Shown here: piece by piece, positions 1 through 9,067 of the stretch
Layout: each line of letters starts with the position of its first letter
Numbering within the stretch: position 1 is the first letter of the stretch
NCBI GenBank assembly: GCA_038227875.1
Contig: JBBRPR010000014.1
Coordinates: forward strand, 1 to 64,000
Direction: 5' to 3'
DNA: 64,000 nucleotides
Origin: Planctomycetota bacterium
Lineage (GTDB): Bacteria > Planctomycetota > SZUA-567 > H5-PLA8
Notes under the pieces: generated by a model
Told to the model about the DNA's origin: nothing
What the model saw: the letters and a program-made list of their open reading frames with translations, nothing else
Database searches by the model: none
Made by a program: the position numbers and the translations under genes

Positions 1-276
1 ACTGGATTGTAAACCGCGTCTGTCCTGTAGACAAAGCGGTCAGTACGAAGCGAGCCCCTTGACGAGGCCGTGAAAGGAAGGTACGTTTCGGTTTCGGCTA
101 CGGACGTTCAACCAATTTCAACAACGGATGGGACATCCGCAGCGTAAAGAGTCGTTGTGCCATCAGAGACTGGTGTGTAGTGCCCGCCATCATCGGGCTT
201 AGAGCGGAAGTAGCGCCAGAACGTCCCCATTGGGTCTGTAGCATTAACCGGGTCTCCGCCGCAGTATCTTTTAGTT
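1..276 (-). pseudogene. Orphan Rhs core end plus C-terminal toxin fragment
   Basis: Manual minus-strand translation RYCGGDPVNATDPMGTFWRYFRSK... matches the Rhs PxxxxDPxG motif; stops immediately upstream; in-frame TGA at 108-110, then the frame stays open to the window edge. Confidence 0.75.
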
Positions 277-429
277 TCCTATTACACGAATTAAGCAGGA
301 GCTCATGCCGGCCGTCGGTGTAATTGCGAATTGGTACTGTTGAGAGGACGAGTGAACCAGTGAGAGCGCATTACGGCGCATGATTCGTGGGTAGGATCTA
401 ACCAAGTGGCACCGCCGCCCACTTCGCCA

Positions 430-782
430 GCCTCCGACGAGCTATGGAGCCCATTCTCGGCAGGCGGAGGCCGGCGGCTATGTTTCAATGCGTTGGGGTA
501 TTGTAGGCGACGGTGGGCAGGCGATTGCGCGTATAGGGGCTTAAGAGCGTGTGGAAAGAGTCATGGATTACTCATCGGGACAAAGCACAGGCCAATGAAA
601 GGGCTTTCTGGAAGTATGGCCCGAAGATTTGGCGACATACGTTCGGAACTTGTCTTGCAATGAGTGGGTGGAATTCATTCGAAATCAGCAAAATGATAGG
701 CAACAGCCCGAGCGTGTGCGAAAAATTCTATGTGTCAACGGTGAGCAAAGGATTGAAAACACGCTGGCCGTTAGAGTTTTAA
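430..782 (+). pseudogene. Tyrosine recombinase/integrase C-terminal fragment, probably frameshifted
   Basis: KIWRHTFGTCLAMSG...ISKMIGNS...EKFY matches box II and the catalytic Tyr region; upstream part appears to lie in another frame (ORF 406-663), with the shift near 545-550. Confidence 0.7.
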
Positions 783-877
783 CGGTTTCTTGTTGACCGA
801 GAACATTCGTCGTGGCATCATTATGACATCGTGTAGGTTTTTCAACTTTTTACAGGCAACAAACGGAGGAATTGGAA

Positions 878-1129
878 ATGAATTTGGACAAGGCTATCTC
901 ACAACTTTATGACGATGTTTCCGCCATTCCGAAAGACCAAGGCGCTCAATTCATATCGATAGAAACGGCGGAACAATTCAACTTGATTTTAGCGGAGGCG
1001 AAACAACACTATTCAAGCGATACAATGATAAAGACAATCCAAAATGTCATGGGCGGACATACACGATTTAGAGATTTTCACCTAACCGTAGGACAATTGA
1101 AATCAGCAATTTTTAGTAATAAGCCTTGA
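878..1129 (+). CDS. Small hypothetical protein
   Basis: GGAGGA RBS before ATG 878; AT-rich; followed by a hairpin and T tract. Confidence 0.65.
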   Translation: MNLDKAISQLYDDVSAIPKDQGAQFISIETAEQFNLILAEAKQHYSSDTMIKTIQNVMGGHTRFRDFHLTVGQLKSAIFSNKP

Positions 1130-1146
1130 AAATGATTCATAGATAG

Positions 1147-1170
1147 GACCCGCTACAGCGGGTTCTTTTA
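1147..1170 (+). terminator. Putative intrinsic terminator
   Basis: gacccgc-taca-gcgggttc followed by tttt. Confidence 0.5.
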
Positions 1171-1235
1171 TTGCGTGGCGACATCGAAAGATAAAGATGG
1201 AGAATGAGATTGGCTCACGAAGGAGGGAGAGAACT

Positions 1236-1805
1236 ATGACTGTGGGCGAAACGATTTTAGCAATATTACTTAGCAACGCAGTTTTCGTAGGCATAGCGGG
1301 ATGGCTTATAAGATTGGTGCTTGAAACAAGAATTAAGGAAGCGGTAAAAAACGAATACGATAAGTCATTTCATAATTATCAAGAACATTGGAAGATAAAG
1401 CGAGATGCGTGCTTGGCTGCAATGGAAGTAGTTGACGCATCATTTTCACACGCGACTTGGGAAAATCTTGACCCAAAAATACCGCGCGGATTCCAAACGA
1501 CATCAACAACAAAAGCACGCGAAGTATGGAATAGACTTGCCGTCGCGTGTAATAGCGAAAAAGTTCTCATTGCCTACTTTAAATGCATTTGTGGTGATGG
1601 CGATGGAAAAAATCGAACAGCGCCTCTCATAAATGAACTTCGACTCGCCATAAGAGAAGAGCTTGGTTTAAAGCAAATTCCTCTTAGCAACGCTCATTGT
1701 TTTATTACCTCCGTAGAAAATGACCCGGAACTAATGACGCTCGCCGAACGGGACGAGGAAGAAACTAAAAAGCGCCGGGCGCGATTTGCCAATAAGAAAC
1801 CATGA
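1236..1805 (+). CDS. Hypothetical protein with N-terminal TM helix
   Basis: GGAGGGA RBS before ATG 1236; hydrophobic ILAILLSNAVFVGIAGWLI followed by a helical region. Confidence 0.7.
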   Translation: MTVGETILAILLSNAVFVGIAGWLIRLVLETRIKEAVKNEYDKSFHNYQEHWKIKRDACLAAMEVVDASFSHATWENLDPKIPRGFQTTSTTKAREVWNRLAVACNSEKVLIAYFKCICGDGDGKNRTAPLINELRLAIREELGLKQIPLSNAHCFITSVENDPELMTLAERDEEETKKRRARFANKKP

Positions 1806-2218
1806 GACTAATTATGAAAAAGAACCGGTTGACGATAGCGCTATCCATTCTCTTTGTCCTCTTAATCGGATACGTCTACTACCAACGACGTTTTCACCCG
1901 GAAGAACATAGCTATATAGATTTTTGGACTGCAATAACGGGAATAGGAACCGTAGCAGCAGCAGTGTTCGCAGGTCTCTATATGCACGGCCAAAATGAAA
2001 TTCTAATGAAACAAAATAAGATAATCACGAACGACATTAGGCTTACATTGTTTGATAAGCGGCTGGCAGTCTATGAAAAAGTGCTGGCATTGGTGCTTAG
2101 TATTGCGACATTCAGTATTGAATTAATACACGTTCAGTCTGTTCCTGGGATTCATCGACGGGGATTTCAAAGCAGCGTGACAGCATCTGCTCATCCAGCT
2201 TGCCAGCCGTACTGGTGA
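1802..2218 (+). pseudogene. Two-TM hypothetical protein, 3' end replaced by the antisense strand of the primase fragment
   Basis: ATGA overlap with upstream stop; from ~2112 the frame reads the reverse strand of the primase fragment and composition shifts. Confidence 0.55.
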
Positions 2219-2630
2219 TCACCGCCACCGGTCCCCGGGCTTCAATGAAGTGCGTTGCCGAGGTGCCATCGGGATTGCGGACTACGTGCGATTGCGTCAG
2301 CGCACCACGCGTCTGTAATACGCGTAGAGACACCAGGACTTCAGGCGTCAGTGCATCGGCTTCGTCCACGATCAGTAGCTTATGAGACAGGGAATCGCCA
2401 TCGTGATAATAGAGTGACGACTCTGTCAGCCGTGAGACGTGGATGCGGTCCTCCGGTGCCGTCAATTCCGCGATGGTTTCCAGAGATTTGGATTTTCCCG
2501 CACCACTGGACGCCAGCAACGCCGCCGAGATAGGCGCATTTAGCTTCCGTGAGACTGTGGCGAGGTAGAGCAGCCGTTTGGCATTCTCTTCACCCACCCA
2601 GCCCAACGCCGCCAGATCGCTGCCAATCAC
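2112..2630 (-). pseudogene. Internal P-loop ATPase fragment of a phage/ICE-type DNA primase
   Basis: LGWVGEENAKRLLYLATVSRKL, Walker A ASSGAGKS, Walker B LLIVDEAD, EARGPVAVITST...DESQEQT; truncated at both ends. Confidence 0.75.
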
Positions 2631-2678
2631 TTCTAATTTATAAGATCTCCCACTGAAAACCTGCTCAAGGATAAGCTC

Positions 2679-3010
2679 CTATTTGATGAGTTTTGCGCGC
2701 CTCAGTGTATCCAGAACAAGGTCTTCTCCAGCCGCAAACTCCCATTGTATTAAAGACATGCCAGGAGGACTTGCGGCATGTATTTTATTTAACAATTGAG
2801 TCCCAGCATTTTCGCTTAATGGGCCTCCCAACATTTGTATCAACTCCCTCTCAAGACTGGCGGCTTGCATTTCGGAAAGTTCTCCCGTTTCCCAAAGCAC
2901 TTGAGCAACCAAGTGCTCCTTACCACTGCCTTTCAATGCATGTGCCGCTATTCTGTCTGCAACTACTCCTCTACCGACGTACTTAATCTCTTGAGTGGCT
3001 GACCTTCCCC
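2679..3010 (-). pseudogene. GIY-YIG-like nuclease fragment (possible polymorphic toxin tip)
   Basis: Extending ORF 2679-2936 upstream gives EIKYVGRGVVADRIAAH...AASLERELI...LLN (YVG, R, H, E, N pattern); 5' end lost at a TAA. Confidence 0.6.
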
Positions 3011-3212
3011 ACGTTTATCGGCGAAAAGTGGAGATCACATTAAGGGTTCAGTTCCTGAGCCCACAGTCTCGTTAAGGAAAGCGGGTTTGATCAAACAGGG
3101 ACGGTTGCAACGCAGAAATTGAGGTGCCCTACGATCCATTGCAATGGGGGAACAAATCGGTAGAACAATCGAAAGCGGAGCCTATTGGTGCCAAACGACT
3201 TGCGTTGGAAAA

Positions 3213-3250
3213 ACCTGCCGGGACGCCCGGACTACAAATGGGCGTCCCGC
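3213..3250 (-). repeat. Degenerate solo GTAG-REP copy forming a hairpin after the sulfatase-like gene
   Basis: cgggacgcccggactac also present at 56969-56985; gggacgccc pairs with gggcgtccc. Confidence 0.7.
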
Positions 3251-3257
3251 AATTCGC

Positions 3258-4604
3258 TTATTTCTTTTCCTGCAGCTTCTGCGCCGTCGCGATCGAACCG
3301 ATCTTGCGACCGAGTCCCATCTCATAGAGCGTGATCGGATTGGGCTTGCCGGTTTCGCGCATGCGGCGTTCGATGTGCGCGGTCATGCGCGCCTTCAGCG
3401 CCTTGACCACTTCCGGCTCCTTGTCGGCGAGATTTACGTCCTCGTTGGGATCGGAGATCAAGTTGTAGAGCTCCACCGGCGGCTTGCCGTGGAAATCGGG
3501 CTCGAGCGCTTCGATGTACTTCCACTGCGGCGTGCGCCAGCCGTGCTTGCGCATCCACGTGCACTCGGTGATGTAGAATTCCGTCACGTTCGTCTCGCGT
3601 TCGCCGCGCACCATCGGCAGGACGCTCTTACCATCGAACGACAACTTCGATGCGGTGTCGCCGAGGTCCAGCAGATCGAGCACGGTCGGGACCAGGTCCT
3701 CGTGGAGCGAGTAGCCTTCGACGACCTTTCCGGCTGGCACCTTGCCCGGCGCGCGGATGATCAGCGGCACGTGCAGCGTGCAGTCGTAGAGGCCGTGGTG
3801 ATCGAAGTAGCAATCGTGATCGGCCAGCGTTTCACCATGGTCGCCGTTGAGGATGACGATGGTGTCTTCGGCCAGCCCCAGTTCTTCCAGGCGCACGAAG
3901 ATCTGGTTGATGCACGCGTCCATGTACGCCAGTTCGCCGTCGTACTGCGCGATGACGTAATCGATGTCGGTGAGGCCCGGGGGCATCCACGACTTGAAGA
4001 AATCGGCGAACGGCGCGAAATCGAAGACGGGCTTGATCGAATTCTTCGACGGATCGCACGGGTCCTTCGCGTAGAACAGCTTGTCGTACGGCGGCGGCGG
4101 CAGGTAGGGCGAATGGGGATCCATGTGGCGCAGGAAAAGCAACCACGGTTCGTCCTGCTTGGCCAGGCGGTCGAGCTCCGGCAGCGTGACGTTGTTCAGA
4201 TTTTCAGCTTTGCGCGCGGGACGTTCTTCCCACGACATCCACGCGGCGTAGGTCAGATTCTTGTCGAAGCCGCGCGGCCACTTGCCGTCGAAGCCGATCA
4301 CCGTTGAGGTGTAGCCTTCCTTGCGCAGAATTTCCGGCAGGGTCGGGATGTCCTCGGGCAGCGGAGTCTTGTTCTGCAGCGCAACGATCTGCGACGAGAA
4401 CAAATCCTTGCCCGTCAGCATCGCGTGATAGGCCGGGGTGGTGGGGATATAGGCGCTGTAGTTGCGCTTGAAGCGCGTGCCTTGTTTGGCGAAGGCGTCG
4501 ATGTGCGGCGTGGTCTGGCGGTGATAGCCGTAGCAGCTCATGTGGTCGGCCCACAGGCTGTCGACGCCGAAAATTAAAACGTTCTTTTTCTTCTTCTGGG
4601 ACAT
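3258..4604 (-). CDS. Sulfatase-like hydrolase (alkaline phosphatase superfamily, Thr-type)
   Basis: NVLIFGVDSLWADH, IPTTPAYHAMLTG, DPHSPY, GDHGE, HVPLII. Confidence 0.9.
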   Translation of the reverse strand: MSQKKKKNVLIFGVDSLWADHMSCYGYHRQTTPHIDAFAKQGTRFKRNYSAYIPTTPAYHAMLTGKDLFSSQIVALQNKTPLPEDIPTLPEILRKEGYTSTVIGFDGKWPRGFDKNLTYAAWMSWEERPARKAENLNNVTLPELDRLAKQDEPWLLFLRHMDPHSPYLPPPPYDKLFYAKDPCDPSKNSIKPVFDFAPFADFFKSWMPPGLTDIDYVIAQYDGELAYMDACINQIFVRLEELGLAEDTIVILNGDHGETLADHDCYFDHHGLYDCTLHVPLIIRAPGKVPAGKVVEGYSLHEDLVPTVLDLLDLGDTASKLSFDGKSVLPMVRGERETNVTEFYITECTWMRKHGWRTPQWKYIEALEPDFHGKPPVELYNLISDPNEDVNLADKEPEVVKALKARMTAHIERRMRETGKPNPITLYEMGLGRKIGSIATAQKLQEKK

Positions 4605-4633
4605 GCAGGGCTCCTTTTAGTTCACGTCGAGTT

Positions 4634-5671
4634 TTAAAGTTTGATGCGGCGGCCTTCTTTGGCTGAACGATACGCGTTCAGCACCATCAATGCGGCAGTG
4701 CGGCCTTCGTCGGCGGTGCAGATCGCTTCGCGCTGGCCGAGCAGGAAATCGACGGCCGGCTTGGCAACGCCGGCGATGCGATGGCCGTGCGCTTTTGGTG
4801 ACGGAATGTCGACGGGCGTCCAGGCCTTGTCGCCGGCATAAAGGTACTTCAAGCCGAGCGCGCCTTCCGGCGGCGGCGGATTGCTGCACGACGGCGCGTC
4901 GCCGTAGCTCTGTAGAATCGTGCCTTTTTCCGCGTAGATGCCGGTGGTGTCTTCGGCCGCGACGCAGGTGAAGGGACATTCCAGCACCGCGAGCATGCCG
5001 TTGGGGTAGCGATAAATGGCGATGCCGGTGTCGTCGGGAACTTTGGGGTTGACGATCGTTTCAATTTCTGCGGTGACCGATTCGGGCTTGCCGAAGGTCC
5101 ACAGCAGCCAGTCGGCGGCATGGCTGGCGTCGTCCATGAACATGCCGAGATTCAGTTCCTTTTTCACGTGCCAGGAATGGGTGAACGCTTCGCCCCAGAG
5201 CTGCGTGCCGAGTCCGTGGCGGCGGCGAACGAGCGTAATCTTGCCGAGCTTGCCGCTCTGCACCTGCTCGCGCATCCACTGGTTCTGCGGATCGCAGCGC
5301 ATCTGCCAGGCCATTGAGAACTTCACGCCGGTCTTCTTGATCACGTCGCAGATCGCGTCGCAATCTTCGACCGAAAACGCCATCGGTTTCTGCAGGACGA
5401 TGTTCTTTCCCGCTTTCGCGGCGGCGATGGTGTGCTCCGCGTGCTTGCTCGTTTCAGAGGCAATGAAGACGGCGCTGATGTCCTTGCGCGCCAGCAGCGC
5501 GTCGAGGTCCGGCATATACTCCGCGCCGGCCGCTTCGCTCTGCTTCTTGCCGCGTTCCGCGTCGGCGTCCCACGCCGCGATCACTTTCGCGTCGCTGCGT
5601 TTTTTGATTTCCGTCGCGTACGAACCGACGTGGCCGTGCGCGAACGAAATAATGCCAAGTCCAAGACTCAT
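4634..5671 (-). CDS. Gfo/Idh/MocA oxidoreductase
   Basis: Rossmann N-terminus, QKPMA (EKP variant), GMFMDDASH. Confidence 0.9.
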   Translation of the reverse strand: MSLGLGIISFAHGHVGSYATEIKKRSDAKVIAAWDADAERGKKQSEAAGAEYMPDLDALLARKDISAVFIASETSKHAEHTIAAAKAGKNIVLQKPMAFSVEDCDAICDVIKKTGVKFSMAWQMRCDPQNQWMREQVQSGKLGKITLVRRRHGLGTQLWGEAFTHSWHVKKELNLGMFMDDASHAADWLLWTFGKPESVTAEIETIVNPKVPDDTGIAIYRYPNGMLAVLECPFTCVAAEDTTGIYAEKGTILQSYGDAPSCSNPPPPEGALGLKYLYAGDKAWTPVDIPSPKAHGHRIAGVAKPAVDFLLGQREAICTADEGRTAALMVLNAYRSAKEGRRIKL

Positions 5672-7047
5672 TTTTTATGGCTCCTTCGGGCTTTGGGATC
5701 GATCAGTGTGACTTCAGTTTCCAAGAGCGGATCGCCGGCGCGGCCGCAGGCTTTGGCGCGCGTGGCGATCCAATCTTCCAGTTGGCGTTCCAGTTCGCCG
5801 GCGACGTCGGGCTTGAGCTCCGCGACGTTCTGCGTCAGCTTCGGGTCGGCCGTGAGATCGTAAAGTTCGCGCATGGGGTTCTCGTACCAATCTTGTTGGC
5901 GGGCGAGGATGAAGTGATAATTCGCGTCGCGGTACGACCATTTTTTCTGCCAGGTGCATTCTTCGCTGACCAGCGTGGTGTTGAGAACCTCGTCGCCACG
6001 CTGGCCGGTCATGATGCCCCAGGCGCTCTTGCCATCGATCACGCGTGCCGATTCGGCCGGCGTACCGGACTGCGCCGGCGTCTTGAGGTCGGCGGCCTCG
6101 CAGAGCGTCGGGAGAATATCGAAGTGCTGAATCAGTTGATCGGCCACGCGCCCCGCGGGAATGCGGCCAGGTAATCGCGCGATCAGCGGGACGTGGAGGT
6201 TCTCGTCGTAGAGTCCATGATGATCGAAATTCACGCCGTGTTCGGTCATGCACTCGCCATGATCGGCGATCAGCACCACCAGCGTGTTCTCGGTCAGTCC
6301 CGTCTCGTCGAGCGTATCGAGGACGTCGGCGATACCGTCGTCGACGTGGCGGATTTCCTGGTCGTACATTGCTTCCACGTACGCCGCGTCGGTGATTTCC
6401 TTCGAGGGATCGCGGCCACTGTCCTGGAGCACGCGGTTGAACCAGACTTCGCGCCAGCGCGGTCCCAGCGGATGATCGTAGAGCGGCTGCAGCGTTTTCT
6501 TCGCCGGGTCGCACGGGTCGCCGGAATAAAATAAATTGCGGTAGCGCGACGGCGCCCAGTACGGCGTGTGCGGATCCCAGTAGTGAACGAACGCGAAGAA
6601 CGGATCCTTGCCCTGGCTGCTCTGCTTGAGAAACGGGACGAGACGGCTGTTGATGTCTTCGCACGTCACCATCAAGCCACAGCCGCGTCGCTTGCTCGAG
6701 TCGACCAGCATTTCAAAGCCGCGTCCGAAGTGCGGCTTGTGGCCGGGCAGATTGTCGAAGGATGCGGTGAGGTAGCCGCGATCCAGGAAGAGCTGGGGAA
6801 TCGTCGCGGTGTCGTTATGAAGATGGTGCGGTCCGCCGTGTTCGACCACGCCGTGGCGGATCGGATGCTGGCCACTGAAAAGTGTGGTGAACGACGGATG
6901 CGTGGGGATGCCCGCCGCCATAAAATTTGAACAGCGCACGCCTTCCGACGCGAGTCGGTCGATCGAAGGGCTTGTGGGTCGGCGGTAATTGTAGCAACTG
7001 AGATGGTCGGCGCGGAGCGTGTCGATGGCGATGAGGAGGACGTTCAT
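5668..7047 (-). CDS. Sulfatase-like hydrolase (Thr-type)
   Basis: NVLLIAIDTLRADH, IPTHPSFTTLFSG, DPHTPY, ADHGE. Confidence 0.9.
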   Translation of the reverse strand: MNVLLIAIDTLRADHLSCYNYRRPTSPSIDRLASEGVRCSNFMAAGIPTHPSFTTLFSGQHPIRHGVVEHGGPHHLHNDTATIPQLFLDRGYLTASFDNLPGHKPHFGRGFEMLVDSSKRRGCGLMVTCEDINSRLVPFLKQSSQGKDPFFAFVHYWDPHTPYWAPSRYRNLFYSGDPCDPAKKTLQPLYDHPLGPRWREVWFNRVLQDSGRDPSKEITDAAYVEAMYDQEIRHVDDGIADVLDTLDETGLTENTLVVLIADHGECMTEHGVNFDHHGLYDENLHVPLIARLPGRIPAGRVADQLIQHFDILPTLCEAADLKTPAQSGTPAESARVIDGKSAWGIMTGQRGDEVLNTTLVSEECTWQKKWSYRDANYHFILARQQDWYENPMRELYDLTADPKLTQNVAELKPDVAGELERQLEDWIATRAKACGRAGDPLLETEVTLIDPKARRSHKK

Positions 7048-7098
7048 GGGGTGGCACCGGAGGGTGAACTGGAAATGCCCGTCCTCGTGGTACTGGGT

Positions 7099-7130
7099 GC
7101 GGAGCGCTCGCGCTTAAGCGAGCGCTCCGC
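7099..7130. repeat. Intergenic 13-bp-stem hairpin
   Basis: gcggagcgctcgc-gcttaa-gcgagcgctccgc. Confidence 0.75.
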
Positions 7131-7160
7131 TGGACTGCCAACTACTACTGCTTTATCGAC

Positions 7161-8168
7161 TCAACCACGGCCTTCGAGGTCGACGACCTTGCCGGTCTCG
7201 AACGATTCGATCGCGGCGTGTGCGACTTCCGAAGCGGCCAGACCGTCTTCACCGCTCGCTTCGATCTGTTCGCGCGGAACCTTGGCGATGATCTGATCGA
7301 TCCAGCGGTGGATGCGGTTCTTGAACGTCAGCTCGAAGCTGGCGCCCTGACCGAAGATGTTGTTTTTGACGACCGTCATTTCTTCGCCTTCGCGCGGGAA
7401 GAGGGTCAGGTTTTCGAACATGTTGTCGAGCACCAGGCGGCCCTTCGTGCCGGCATATTCGCAGCGTTCGATGCCGTACTGCATGCCCATGTCGTACGAG
7501 CCGGTGAGGTGGCCGACCATGCCGCTGGCGAATTCCATGTTCACCGAAATGTTCGACCAGCAGACCTTGCGGGTCGACGGCTTCATCATGAAGGCTTGGA
7601 CTCGCTTCACCGGTCCGGCGAAGAAGCGGATGATGTCGATCGAATGCGGATGGAGCGCTTTGATGTGGAAGTGCGGGCTTGATTCGTTGGGGTTGTTGAT
7701 CCACATGACCATGTTCAGGAACATGCCTTCGCCCAGGCGGCCTTCGACGATCCAGCCCTTGGCTTTGTTGGTCATCGGCGTGAAGCGATGGTTCAGGTCG
7801 ATGCCGAAGTAGACGCCCTTTTCCTTGGCCTTGGCGACCATTTCGCGGCCGTGCTTGACGTCGTTGGAGATCGGCTTTTCGCAGAGGACATGGATCTTCG
7901 CTTCGAGCAGTTGCATCGTCGGTTCGTAGTGATGTCCGCCGTTTTCCTGGCCGGCCGTGGCGACGCTGGCCACCTGCAGGTCTTCGTTCTTCAGCATGTC
8001 GGCGATCGAGTAATACGCCTTCACGCCAAACTGCTTGGCAGCCTTGTCGGCGCGTTCCTTGTCCAGGTCGCAGAAACACTTCAGGACGGCTTCTTTGTGC
8101 TGCGTGTACTGGCGGGCGTGGGTGTTGCCGATGCCGCCGCAGCCGACAATTCCAACATTCACAGGCAT
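7161..8168 (-). CDS. Gfo/Idh/MocA oxidoreductase
   Basis: VGIVGCGGIG, HVLCEKPIS. Confidence 0.92.
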   Translation of the reverse strand: MPVNVGIVGCGGIGNTHARQYTQHKEAVLKCFCDLDKERADKAAKQFGVKAYYSIADMLKNEDLQVASVATAGQENGGHHYEPTMQLLEAKIHVLCEKPISNDVKHGREMVAKAKEKGVYFGIDLNHRFTPMTNKAKGWIVEGRLGEGMFLNMVMWINNPNESSPHFHIKALHPHSIDIIRFFAGPVKRVQAFMMKPSTRKVCWSNISVNMEFASGMVGHLTGSYDMGMQYGIERCEYAGTKGRLVLDNMFENLTLFPREGEEMTVVKNNIFGQGASFELTFKNRIHRWIDQIIAKVPREQIEASGEDGLAASEVAHAAIESFETGKVVDLEGRG

Positions 8169-8212
8169 GGTCGAATCTCCAGGTTTTTAACGTGTCAAGT
8201 TTGAAGAAGGGT

Positions 8213-8241
8213 GGACGCAGAGGCGCAGTGCCTCTGCGTCC
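8213..8241. repeat. Intergenic 12-bp-stem hairpin
   Basis: ggacgcagaggc-gcagt-gcctctgcgtcc. Confidence 0.75.
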
Positions 8242-8251
8242 GAAGGAATTT

Positions 8252-9067
8252 TTACGCCTTGAGCAGATTCTTCTCGTGGACGTACTTGGCGCAGCGTTCG
8301 ATCACGTCCTGAACCTTGGCCAGTTCCAGCACCGAGGCGCCGACGATTTCCAGCGTGACGTACTGAATGTTCGGGGCATCGGCGAGCACCGCGAAGTACG
8401 CCGGGATGTCCAGCACGCCGCAGCCGCAGACCTGCTTGTCGACGGGTCCGATGTTCAGTTCGCGGCCGGCGCAATCGCGGAAGCGCGTGGTGAGAATGTG
8501 CGGCGCGAGCTGCTTATAGGTGGCGACGGGATCTTCGTTCGAAGGCGTGCGGTAGATGTGGGTGGGGTCGTAGTTGATGCCGACCCACTGCGTGTCCAGT
8601 TCCTTCAGGAAGCGCAGCGACGACGGCCCGTGGTAGACGGCCGAACGAACGTGCGGCTTGACGCTGAGCTTGACGTTGGCATCGGCGGCGGCCTTGGCGT
8701 AATCCTTCCACTGCTTGACGACTTCGGCGAACGAGGCTTCATCGTCGCTCTTGCCGCCCGTCGCGGTGGTGATGGCCGGCGCACCGAGAATGGCGGCGGC
8801 GGCGAGCACGCGCTTGACGCTGTCGAGATTTCCCGCCGCGCCGCTGGCGCCCAGGGATTCGATTACCAGGCCGCGGTCGGCGACCTTCTGTTTCACCTTC
8901 TTGAGCGCTTCGGGTGTCAGGATCGTGGAGAAATGTTCAGCCATTCCGGGGATGCAGCAGAGTTCGACGGCCGCATAGCCGGCCTTCTTGATGCCATCCA
9001 AAGCATCGTCGAGAAGGTGTCCGCCGAAGAGTAGAGTGCTGCAGCCGAGCTTGATTTGACGTGCCAT
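8252..9067 (-). CDS. Sugar phosphate isomerase/epimerase (xylose-isomerase-like TIM barrel)
   Basis: GYAAVEL, INYDPTH, VTLE pattern; KPH where EPH/ENH is usual. Confidence 0.85.
   Translation of the reverse strand: MARQIKLGCSTLLFGGHLLDDALDGIKKAGYAAVELCCIPGMAEHFSTILTPEALKKVKQKVADRGLVIESLGASGAAGNLDSVKRVLAAAAILGAPAITTATGGKSDDEASFAEVVKQWKDYAKAAADANVKLSVKPHVRSAVYHGPSSLRFLKELDTQWVGINYDPTHIYRTPSNEDPVATYKQLAPHILTTRFRDCAGRELNIGPVDKQVCGCGVLDIPAYFAVLADAPNIQYVTLEIVGASVLELAKVQDVIERCAKYVHEKNLLKA

Larger units (their letters stand above)
1..3210. mobile_element. Right end of a decayed AT-rich island (Rhs / tyrosine recombinase / primase debris)
   Basis: Visibly lower GC than downstream genes; contains Rhs, integrase, primase and GIY-YIG fragments; host-like codon usage resumes at the gene ending at 3258. 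Confidence 0.7.

Noticed and set aside
108..110. In-frame TGA in the Rhs tip as possible recoding
   Set aside because: TGA is an ordinary stop in many genes here, and the fragment has no start; a nonsense mutation is simpler.
780..2110. Small AT-rich genes as integron cassettes
   Set aside because: No attC-like RYYYAAC...GTTRRRY structures between them, two genes overlap, and the recombinase fragment is too short to call IntI.
3000..3260. tRNA or dif site at the island edge
   Set aside because: No cloverleaf or T-loop consensus and no convincing XerC/XerD arms.
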